Under the pieces are notes generated by a model that made no database searches, had not been told where the DNA came from, and was given only the letters and a program-made list of their open reading frames with translations. Source: Desulfobulbales bacterium (lineage in GTDB: Bacteria; Desulfobacterota; Desulfobulbia; Desulfobulbales; BM004). Taken from it: 62,597 nt of DNA. The translations under genes were made by a program, and so were the position numbers. The stretch is from assembly GCA_041599275.1 (NCBI GenBank), contig JBFHWX010000002.1, forward strand, positions 1 through 62,597. The letters run 5' to 3'. Of the stretch, positions 23,533 to 31,416 are shown one piece after another; positions within the stretch are counted from its first letter, which is position 1, and each line of letters begins with the position of its first letter.

Positions 23533-24186
23533 TCAGGAATGCAGGGTTGCCAGTAGTTCGGTGCCGTCGAAAAGAATTTCGATCCAGCCGCCGTGCCGCA
23601 GCATGCCGGGATTGATCACGGTGGTGCCGCCGATCCGGTCCACGCAGCGGGATTCGTGGATGTGGCCGGTGCAGCAGAGAGCCGGCTGCGTTTTTTCGAT
23701 GAAGGCGCGCACCGCCCGGCTGCCCACCTGGGCGCCGGAGGCGAGCCGGTCGGTAGCGGTGCCGAAGGGCGGCGGGTGGGAGACGAGCACCAGGTGCTGG
23801 GCCTGGCCGCGCACCGCTTTGTGCCCCGCTTCGAGCAGAGTGGCCAGTTCCTCCTCGCTGAATTCGTTCGGGGTGTTGAACGGCGTCGGGTTGGAGCCGC
23901 CCACCCCGAACAAGCCGAGCCCGCTTCGCAGCTCGCCGCGGCCGTGCAGGCTGAGTCCTTCCGCGGCGAGGAGCTCCTCCACCTCGGGATGGTCCAGGTT
24001 GCCCGCCACCGCCAGAATGTTTTTGTTGTGCCTCCGAAGTGTTACGAGCACCTCCATGGCCTCGGCCCGGTGCCCGAAGGTGGTGAGGTCGCCGCTTACC
24101 AGTACCAGGTCGGCCTCTGAGAGGGCGGGGATACGGTGAAGAAAATCGCAGTTCATGTGCACGTCGCCGAAGGCCACCAGTCTCAT
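23533..24186 (-). CDS. metallophosphoesterase family protein
   Basis: Lies within ORF 23533..24420, starting at the ATG at 24186 (MRLVAFGDVH...). Motifs GDVH, SGDL, GNLD and GHIH. Confidence 0.85.
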   Translation of the reverse strand: MRLVAFGDVHMNCDFLHRIPALSEADLVLVSGDLTTFGHRAEAMEVLVTLRRHNKNILAVAGNLDHPEVEELLAAEGLSLHGRGELRSGLGLFGVGGSNPTPFNTPNEFSEEELATLLEAGHKAVRGQAQHLVLVSHPPPFGTATDRLASGAQVGSRAVRAFIEKTQPALCCTGHIHESRCVDRIGGTTVINPGMLRHGGWIEILFDGTELLATLHS

Positions 24187-24346
24187 GGTTTTTCTCCCTG
24201 TGGCTCCGCACCCCGGCCCGCCGCGGGCCTCTGCCGCCGCGGCCGTGCCCTTGACAGGGGCGCAAAGATGTTTAACATTGTTGCCCAAAACTTTGTTAAA
24301 ATCAATATAATCTCCAATAGATACCTTGAGAGGGAGGAAACAGCCC

Positions 24347-26215
24347 ATGACGGAGCACAGCCAGCAGGTCGAAACCCGGGAGTTCCAGGCCGAAGTCAAG
24401 AAACTTCTCGATATCGTCATCCACTCGCTCTACACCGAGCGCGACATCTTCGTGCGGGAGCTCATCTCCAACGCCGCCGACGCCCTGGAAAAATTTCGGC
24501 ACGAGAGCCTCACCGCCGCCGAGGTCTTCGATTCCCACCTCTCTCTTAACATCAGTATCGACACCGACGACAAGGCAAAGACGCTGACCATCACCGATAC
24601 CGGCATCGGCATGAGCCGTGAGGAACTGGAGGCCAATCTCGGCACCATCGCCCACTCGGGCTCCAGCACCTATCTTGCCCAGTTGGCCGAAGCGGCCAAG
24701 AAGGACGTGTCGCTCATCGGCCAGTTCGGGGTGGGCTTCTACTCGGTGTTCATGGCCGCCAAGCGGGTGCGGGTCCAGTCCCGTTCCTACCGGCCCGAGG
24801 CCGAGGGCTGCGAGTGGGCCAGCGAGGGCACCGGCTCCTACACCCTGTCGCCTGCCCCCGGCATCCGGCGCGGCACCAGGATCATCATCGAACTCAAAGA
24901 CGACGCCCACGAATACGCCGCCCCCGAGACCATCAAGCGGATCATCCGCAAGTATTCCGCCTTTGTGCCGTTCCCGATCAAGCTGGGGGGCGAGGCGGTC
25001 AATACCGTGCAGGCCCTGTGGACCCGCTCGAAGAGCGAGATCAAGGAAGAGGAGTACACCGAGTTCTACAAGTTCGTGGCCAACGCCCTCGATGAGCCCG
25101 CGCACCGGCTCCATTTTACCACCGACGCGCCGCTGGCCATCAAGGCGCTGCTCTTCACGCCCCAGGAGAATTTCGAGCTCATGGGCTTCGGGCGCATGAA
25201 GAGCGGCGTCAACCTCTACTGCCAGCGGGTGCTCATCGAGCAGCATTCCGAGCACATTCTGCCCGAGTGGCTGCGTTTCGTAAAGGGCGTGGTGGACTCC
25301 GAGGACCTGCCGCTCAATATCTCCCGCCAGGCCCTGCAGGACTCGGCGCTGATGGCCAAACTGAGAGCCATCCTCACCAAGCGCTTCCTGAAATTCCTGG
25401 CCGAGCAGGCCGCCGAGGACGAAACGAAATACCTGGAGTTCTGGAAGAACTTCGGCATTTTCTTCAAGGAGGGGGTGACCGTCGATTACTCCTACCGGGA
25501 CGAGCTTGCCAAGCTGCTGCGCTTCGAGACCTCCAAGTCCGAACCCGGCACCCCGGTGAGTCTGGCCGACTACCTCTCCCGCATGGGCGACGGGCAGAAG
25601 GACATCTATTATATCAATGGCCCGAGCCGCGAGGCCATCGAGGCGGGGCCCTACATCGAAGCTTTCAGCAAGCGGGACATCGAAATCATCTACACCCTTG
25701 AGCCCATCGACGATTTCGTCATGAACCACCTGGGCAGCTTCGAGGGCAAGAAGCTGGTGTCCGCCGACCGGGCCGACCTCGAGCTGCCGGAGGAAAAGGA
25801 GCCGCAAGACGAAGCCGCGGCCGCCGAGCGGCTCGCCCCCGAGGTGAGCGAGAGTCTCGTCAAGTGGATGAAGGAGGTGCTGGGCGAGCGGGTCAAGGAG
25901 GTGCGGGAGTCGAAGCGGCTCGAAGGGTCGCCGGCCATTGTGGTGAACCCTTCGGGCTTCATGACCAGCGCCATGGAGCGGGTGATGCGGGCGGTGCAGC
26001 ACCAGGAAGAGGAGGCCGGGGTCAAGAATCTCGAGATCAACACCGCCCATCCCCTCATCCGCCAGCTCTCGCTGCTGCGGGGCAGCGACGAACTCTTCGC
26101 CCGCACGGTGGTGGAGCAGATCTTCGACAACGCCCTGATTCAGGCGGGGCTGGTGGTCGATCCCCGGAAAATGGTGGAACGCAATTACCGGATCCTCGAG
26201 CGGGTTACCCGCTGA
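24347..26215 (+). CDS. htpG: molecular chaperone HtpG (Hsp90)
   Basis: Lies within ORF 24326..26215. The ATG at 24347 follows GGGAGGAA. FQAEVKKLLDIVIHSLYTERDIFVRELISNAADAL is the Hsp90 N-terminal signature. Confidence 0.95.
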   Translation: MTEHSQQVETREFQAEVKKLLDIVIHSLYTERDIFVRELISNAADALEKFRHESLTAAEVFDSHLSLNISIDTDDKAKTLTITDTGIGMSREELEANLGTIAHSGSSTYLAQLAEAAKKDVSLIGQFGVGFYSVFMAAKRVRVQSRSYRPEAEGCEWASEGTGSYTLSPAPGIRRGTRIIIELKDDAHEYAAPETIKRIIRKYSAFVPFPIKLGGEAVNTVQALWTRSKSEIKEEEYTEFYKFVANALDEPAHRLHFTTDAPLAIKALLFTPQENFELMGFGRMKSGVNLYCQRVLIEQHSEHILPEWLRFVKGVVDSEDLPLNISRQALQDSALMAKLRAILTKRFLKFLAEQAAEDETKYLEFWKNFGIFFKEGVTVDYSYRDELAKLLRFETSKSEPGTPVSLADYLSRMGDGQKDIYYINGPSREAIEAGPYIEAFSKRDIEIIYTLEPIDDFVMNHLGSFEGKKLVSADRADLELPEEKEPQDEAAAAERLAPEVSESLVKWMKEVLGERVKEVRESKRLEGSPAIVVNPSGFMTSAMERVMRAVQHQEEEAGVKNLEINTAHPLIRQLSLLRGSDELFARTVVEQIFDNALIQAGLVVDPRKMVERNYRILERVTR

Positions 26216-26279
26216 CGGGCAGGCAAGGGGTTCACCGGGCAGGGGGAACGGCGGTTCCGCCCTGCCCGGTGCAGGACGA

Positions 26280-26489
26280 TCAGGAGTGGTACTTGAAAGA
26301 GAGCGAGACCCGGGCCCGGTAGGCGGTGACCTTGCCGTCTTCGATCTTCATGTCGAGCTTGGTGACTTCGGCCACCCGCAGGTCTTTGAGGCTCTTGCTG
26401 GCCGTTTCGACGGCCGCTTTTGCCGCATGTTCCCATGATTCGCTGCTGCTGCCCACCACTTCGATGATTTTGTACACGCTGCCTGACAT
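26280..26489 (-). CDS. dodecin family protein
   Basis: 69 aa, MSGSVYKIIEVVGSSSESWEHAAKAAVETASKSLKDLRVAEV...EDGKV. This matches the dodecin family pattern (from memory). Confidence 0.8.
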   Translation of the reverse strand: MSGSVYKIIEVVGSSSESWEHAAKAAVETASKSLKDLRVAEVTKLDMKIEDGKVTAYRARVSLSFKYHS

Positions 26490-26751
26490 AGCTGCCTCCT
26501 CTCTGCTGGAGTTGGTGAAAGGGTCCTGCGCTTCTGCCGGGGAGTTCTGTTGCTCTTTGGTTCATAGATACTCAGAGAAAAAGTTGGGCGTCAAGCAAAA
26601 TGGCGTTTGTTTCCCTGGCGGCTGGTTGCCGGGGGTGGTTTCTTATTAGATATTGAAAAAAACATGGTGCCGCGATATTTTGTCAGCTTCAAAAAAATGA
26701 GGGCTCCCACCTGAAGCGGAAGCCCCCAACCACAGCCGGAGACAGACGTTG

Positions 26752-27144
26752 ATGCCTTTTTCAAGAAAAACCGTTGCCCCGGCCATTCTCCTGGTCGCCC
26801 TCGCGTTGACCGCCGCTTGCGGCGGCCGGCCCACCAAACATCTTTCCTCCGATGCCGCCCTGCTGGTCCCTGCCCAGTCGACCAAGCAGGAGGTGCTGGC
26901 CTATCTCGGGCCGCCGGATGAAAAGGAGGAGCAGGCCGGAGGCGAGCTGTGGATCTACCGCCAGGCCCGGCCCAGCCTGCTGCGCCGCACGCCCTATGTC
27001 GGCGGTGCCCTCGGCAGCGAGGAGCACGACGTGCTCACGGTTTCCTTCAGCGGCGACGTGGTTTCCCGCTGTGTCTACCGCAATCTTTCGGAAGAGGAGT
27101 ACACGCCCGGCGCGGCGGCGGCTTCCGGAACGGAATCGAAGTGA
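26752..27144 (+). CDS. lipoprotein, function unknown
   Basis: Lies within ORF 26749..27144. Signal peptide with lipobox LALTAAC. Its stop overlaps the pcm start (GTGA). Confidence 0.7.
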   Translation: MPFSRKTVAPAILLVALALTAACGGRPTKHLSSDAALLVPAQSTKQEVLAYLGPPDEKEEQAGGELWIYRQARPSLLRRTPYVGGALGSEEHDVLTVSFSGDVVSRCVYRNLSEEEYTPGAAAASGTESK

Positions 27145-27800
27145 GCCCCCAGGCAGACGGCTTCGAGATAATCCGCAACCGCATGGTCGACGAGCAGATC
27201 GTGGCGCGCGGCGTCGGCGATTCCCTGGTGCTCGAAGCCATGCGCCAGGTGCCGCGCCATTTTTTCGTCGAGGACGCCCTGCAGAGCCAGGCCTACGGTG
27301 ACTTTCCCTTGCCCATCGGCCGCGGCCAGACCATCTCCCAGCCCTACATCGTCGCCCTCATGACCCAGGCCCTGCAGCTCACCGGCAGCGAGAGCGTGCT
27401 CGAGATCGGCACCGGCTCCGGCTACCAGGCGGCACTCCTGAGCCGCCTCTGCCAGCGGGTCTACACGGTGGAGCGGATCGACTCCCTGCTGGCCCGGGCC
27501 CGCCGCACCTTCGACCGGCTGCACTATCTCAATATCCAGAGCAAGCTCGACGACGGCACCATGGGCTGGCCCGAGTATGCGCCCTTCGACGCCATCATGG
27601 TCACCGCCGGCGGCCCCCGGGTGCCGGAAGCGCTGCTCGAGCAGCTTGCCGACCCGGGTGTGCTGGTTATTCCGGTGGGAGACAGGTTCAGCCAGGAACT
27701 CAAGGTGGTCAGCCGGCGAAACGGCGAAACCATGACGAAAACCATCGAATACGTCCGCTTCGTCAACCTGATCGGCGAGCAGGGCTGGGAAAACGGGTAA
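27141..27800 (+). CDS. pcm: protein-L-isoaspartate O-methyltransferase
   Basis: Lies within ORF 26949..27800. [25 protein letters not shown], and SAM motif [12 protein letters not shown]. The start is probably the GTG at 27141; the ATG at 27183 would truncate the conserved N-terminus. Confidence 0.9.
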   Translation: MSPQADGFEIIRNRMVDEQIVARGVGDSLVLEAMRQVPRHFFVEDALQSQAYGDFPLPIGRGQTISQPYIVALMTQALQLTGSESVLEIGTGSGYQAALLSRLCQRVYTVERIDSLLARARRTFDRLHYLNIQSKLDDGTMGWPEYAPFDAIMVTAGGPRVPEALLEQLADPGVLVIPVGDRFSQELKVVSRRNGETMTKTIEYVRFVNLIGEQGWENG

Positions 27801-27807
27801 CCGGCTT

Positions 27808-28437
27808 ATGGAAAACAACGAGGTTGCGGCGGCGCCGGCAACAAAACCCACCGGCTGGCTGCGCCAGCTCTACGACCGCTGCCTGCTCTGGGTACAGACC
27901 CCCTATGGCGTCTGGGTCCTCTTCCTGATCGCGGTGGCGGAGTCTTCCTTTTTCCCGATCCCACCGGACGTCTTCCTCATGGTGCTCTGCATCGCGGTGC
28001 CGCAGAAATCTTTCCGCTATGCGGCGATCTGCACCGTGGGCTCGGTGCTGGGCGGCGCCATCGGGTACGGCCTGGGGTTCGGCTTCATGGACGCGCTCGG
28101 CACCCGGATCATGGACCTCTACGGCCTGCACGGCAAGTACGAAAGCGTGCAGCATCTCTACCAGCAGTACGACGCCTGGGCGGTGGCCGCCGCCGGCTTC
28201 ACCCCCCTGCCCTACAAGCTTTTCACCATCACCGCCGGTGCCTTCCGCATCGATTTTCCCACCTTCATGATCGCCTCGCTCTTTTCCCGGGCCGGCCGCT
28301 TCTTCCTGGTGGCGGGCTTCATCTATCTCTTCGGGGCCCGGGTGCGGCACTTCATCGAGCGCTACTTCAACATCCTCTCCATCGTCTTCTTCCTGCTGCT
28401 GGTGGGCGGTTTCCTGCTGGTCCGCGCCCTCATGTAG
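27808..28437 (+). CDS. YqaA/DedA-superfamily membrane protein
   Basis: 209 aa. ESSFFPIPPDV and FTPLPYKLFTITAG are typical of YqaA-like (SNARE-associated) proteins. Confidence 0.8.
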   Translation: MENNEVAAAPATKPTGWLRQLYDRCLLWVQTPYGVWVLFLIAVAESSFFPIPPDVFLMVLCIAVPQKSFRYAAICTVGSVLGGAIGYGLGFGFMDALGTRIMDLYGLHGKYESVQHLYQQYDAWAVAAAGFTPLPYKLFTITAGAFRIDFPTFMIASLFSRAGRFFLVAGFIYLFGARVRHFIERYFNILSIVFFLLLVGGFLLVRALM

Positions 28438-29743
28438 CCATAAGGCCGGCGGCCAACTCCCCCACCCGGGCCATGGTCTCGGCCAGGTCGAAGGTAAGGA
28501 GCTTTCCCTTTTCCACCACGATCCGGCCGTTCACCAGCACCGTGTCGGTGTCGCTTCCCCGCGCCGCGTAGACCAGGAGATCCGGGCCGTGGAACGGGGT
28601 GAGATGGGGGACATCCAGGTCGAGGAGCACAATGTCCGCCTTTTTTCCGGGCTCCAGGGTGCCGATTTCGTGGCCGAGGCCGAGGGCCGCGGCGCCGCCG
28701 CCGGTGGCCATCCACAGGGCCTGGTTGGCCGGCAGCACGGTGGGATCGAGGCGCGTCGCCTTCAGGAGCCGGGCGCAGGTGGCCATTTCCGCGAACAGGT
28801 CCAGGTCGTTGTTGCTGGCCGCGCCGTCGGTGCCGAGCCCCACCCGGAGACCGCGGGCCAGCAGCCGGTCGGCGGGCGGCACCCCGGAGGCGAGCTTCAT
28901 GTTGCTCTCCGGGCAGAGCACCACGGCGGCGTCATGGGCGGCCAGGAGCTCGGTGTCGGCCGCATCGAGCCAGACCCCGTGGATGCAAACGGTCTCACGG
29001 TCGAGAAGGCCGAGGTCGGCAAGGTAGCGCGCCGGGCTTTTTCCGTGTTCGGCCCGGCAGCGCTCCACCTCTCCTCCGGTCTCGGCGAGATGGATGAAGA
29101 AGGGCGCTTTCTTGGCCCGGGCCATCTCCTTGGCGCCGGTCAGGGTGGCGGCGGAGCAGGTGTAGGGCGAGTGGCAGAAGACGCCGGGGGTGACCAGTTC
29201 GCTTCTGTTCCGCCAGGCGTCGATGAAGCGGGCCGCCGCCCCGATGTTGTCTTTCGGGTCGGGTACGCCGGGAGCGGGAAAATCGATCACCCCCTGGGCC
29301 GGCAGCGCCCGGAGCCCGGCTTCCAGAAAGGCGCGGGCCACGGCGTCTTCGCAGAAATAGCCGTCCGCTGTGCAGGTGGTGCCGGCAAGCAGCATCTCGG
29401 CGGCGGCGAGCTTGGCGCACCAGTAGGCCATCTCCGGGTTCACGGCGCGGGCCTCGGCCGGGAAGATGTGCTCGGTGAGCCAGGCCATCAGCGGCAGATC
29501 GTCGGCCAGGCCCCGGAACAGGGTCATGGGCGCGTGGCCGTGGCCGTTCACCAGGCCGGGGATGGCCAGCCGGCCGCGGCCGTCGATGACGCGCTGGGCA
29601 GCTCTGGCCGCATCGAGGCCGGCCATGGGCCCGAGGGCGGTTATCCGGCTGCCGGCGATGGCCAGAAAACCGTCTTCGATAAAGGACCCCGGCTCCAGGG
29701 CCGAGGGCAGCAGGGAGAGGTTTTCGATGCGGATGTCGTCCAT
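28430..29743 (-). CDS. mtaD: amidohydrolase, 5-methylthioadenosine/S-adenosylhomocysteine deaminase-like
   Basis: 437 aa. IPGLVNGHGHAPMTLFRGLADDLPLMAWL (HxH metal site) matches the MtaD-type deaminase pattern. The symbol is tentative. Confidence 0.8.
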   Translation of the reverse strand: MDDIRIENLSLLPSALEPGSFIEDGFLAIAGSRITALGPMAGLDAARAAQRVIDGRGRLAIPGLVNGHGHAPMTLFRGLADDLPLMAWLTEHIFPAEARAVNPEMAYWCAKLAAAEMLLAGTTCTADGYFCEDAVARAFLEAGLRALPAQGVIDFPAPGVPDPKDNIGAAARFIDAWRNRSELVTPGVFCHSPYTCSAATLTGAKEMARAKKAPFFIHLAETGGEVERCRAEHGKSPARYLADLGLLDRETVCIHGVWLDAADTELLAAHDAAVVLCPESNMKLASGVPPADRLLARGLRVGLGTDGAASNNDLDLFAEMATCARLLKATRLDPTVLPANQALWMATGGGAAALGLGHEIGTLEPGKKADIVLLDLDVPHLTPFHGPDLLVYAARGSDTDTVLVNGRIVVEKGKLLTFDLAETMARVGELAAGLMAT

Positions 29744-29941
29744 GGTCGTCTCTCGGGAAAAACAAATTATTCGGCCGGTTAGCCGGAAAGAGCAGCCATC
29801 CTACCATGGCCGGCGGCGTGGCCAGAAGCAAAAAATATTTGACGCCGGGCCCTGTACGGTGTACAGAGAAGGCCCGAAAAAACGTGCAACCGCAACACGA
29901 TAGGGTCCGGCGGCAGTACCCTGCTCCGGTCCTTTTTTTAT

Positions 29942-30164
29942 TTCCTGAATCCGTGACGGCTTCGAGCAAGGAAACAAGCCAACCTCTTAAAACAAAACGG
30001 ACTATCCAATGCCAAATGGTGAGATGGATTCACCACGCCGCCTTTCAGGGCGCTCGATAACGGCACACCTGCTTCGTTGGCAACTCGTTGATATCGCACC
30101 AGGATAATCAACATCGTCGCCGCCTCGCATCTGTACCGTTCTCGAACGCTCACGGATTCAGGAA
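29942..30164 (+). repeat. repeat-family copy A (~220 nt, 15-bp perfect terminal inverted repeat); candidate structured RNA or MITE
   Basis: TTCCTGAATCCGTGA (29942-29956) pairs with TCACGGATTCAGGAA (30150-30164). The internal blocks are shared with copy B at 57209-57433 (see findings). Confidence 0.7.
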
Positions 30165-30227
30165 TTGCTTTCCCTATAACCCGTTCCCCTTGCCTTCCGC
30201 CGGGGAATCTGCAAGGAGTCTTCAACC

Positions 30228-31325
30228 ATGGGTTTTCGCTGCGGCATCGTCGGCCTTCCGAACGTCGGCAAGTCCACCATCTTCAACGCCCTCACCGCCG
30301 CCGGCGCCGAGTCGGCCAACTATCCGTTCTGTACCATCGAACCCAACGTCGGCATGCTGCCGGTGCCCGATGCCCGGCTCGACAAGCTGGCCGAGCTCGC
30401 CCGCACCCGCAACAAGGTGAACACCCAGATGGAGTTCGTCGATATCGCAGGGCTGGTCAAAGGGGCGAGCCAGGGCGAGGGCCTTGGCAACCAGTTTCTC
30501 GGCCATATCCGGCAGGTGGACGCCATCGCCCACGTGGTGCGCTGCTTCGAGGATGACAATATCGTGCACGTGCACGGTGGCGTCGACCCGGACCGTGACC
30601 GGGAGATCATCAACACCGAGCTGATTCTGGCCGACCTCGACACCGTGAGCCGGCGGCTCAAGAAGACCGCCTCCGCCGCCAAGGGCGGCGACAAGAAGAT
30701 GAAGGAACAGCTCGCTATCCTCGAGGAGCTCGAAAAGCTCTTGAACGACGGCAAGCCCGCTCGCCTTCTGGGCCGCGACGACGAAGAGACGCGGCTTCTG
30801 CTCCGCGAGCTCTGCCTGCTGTCGGCAAAACCCGTGCTCTACGTGGCCAACGTCAGCGAGGCCGATGTGCTCACCGGCAACCAGTGGGTGGAACAGCTCG
30901 AACGTTCGGCCGCCACCGAGAACGCCCTTGTCGTCACCATCGCCGGTTCCATCGAACAGGAGCTGAGCCAGCTTGCCGCCGAGGAGCAGCAGGAGTTCCT
31001 GGCCGACATGGGCCTCGAGGAGCCCGGCCTGCACCGGCTGATCCGCACCGGCTACGAGCTGCTTGGCCTCATCACCTACTTCACCGTGGGCGAGAAGGAG
31101 ACCAGGGCCTGGACCGTGCGGCGCGGCACCAAGGCGCCGGGGGCGGCCGGGGTCATCCATACCGATTTCGAAAAGGGCTTCATCCGGGCCGAGATTATCG
31201 GCTACGAGGACTTCATCCGCTGTGGTTCCGAGGCGGCGGCCAAGGAAAAGGGGCTGATGCGCCTCGAGGGCAAGGAATACGTGGTGCAGGACGGCGACTG
31301 CATCCATTTCCGGTTCAACGTCTGA
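30228..31325 (+). CDS. ychF: redox-regulated ATPase YchF
   Basis: 365 aa, MGFRCGIVGLPNVGKSTIFNALT...NYPFCTIEPN, with a C-terminal TGS-like domain. Confidence 0.95.
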   Translation: MGFRCGIVGLPNVGKSTIFNALTAAGAESANYPFCTIEPNVGMLPVPDARLDKLAELARTRNKVNTQMEFVDIAGLVKGASQGEGLGNQFLGHIRQVDAIAHVVRCFEDDNIVHVHGGVDPDRDREIINTELILADLDTVSRRLKKTASAAKGGDKKMKEQLAILEELEKLLNDGKPARLLGRDDEETRLLLRELCLLSAKPVLYVANVSEADVLTGNQWVEQLERSAATENALVVTIAGSIEQELSQLAAEEQQEFLADMGLEEPGLHRLIRTGYELLGLITYFTVGEKETRAWTVRRGTKAPGAAGVIHTDFEKGFIRAEIIGYEDFIRCGSEAAAKEKGLMRLEGKEYVVQDGDCIHFRFNV

Positions 31326-31349
31326 GCCTCGCGCCTCTCCGGTTTACGG

Positions 31350-31387
31350 AAAACCCGCCCTGGATATCCAGAGGCGGGTTTCTTTTT
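31350..31387. terminator. intrinsic terminator between ychF and the convergent histidine kinase gene
   Basis: AAACCCGCC-CTGGA-TA-TCCAG-A-GGCGGGTTT extended hairpin followed by a T-rich tract (TCTTTTT). Confidence 0.75.
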
Positions 31388-31416
31388 GCTCGGGCGGTGG
31401 CGCGGTCGGGAGCGGC

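Noticed and set aside
22106-24265. The 719-aa ORF taken at face value as one large protein.
   Set aside because: Only the C-terminal 465 aa (from the ATG at 23503, with the FAD-binding GxGxxG right at the N-terminus) look like a real protein. The upstream part is Arg/Pro/Gly-rich and overlaps the metallophosphoesterase gene in another frame.
24240-24346. A heat-shock (sigma32 or CIRCE) control element upstream of htpG.
   Set aside because: A perfect TATAAT lies at 24306-24311 and a TTGACA at 24250, but their spacing is not compatible. No CCCCAT-type -10 element and no CIRCE inverted repeat were found, so I make no promoter call.
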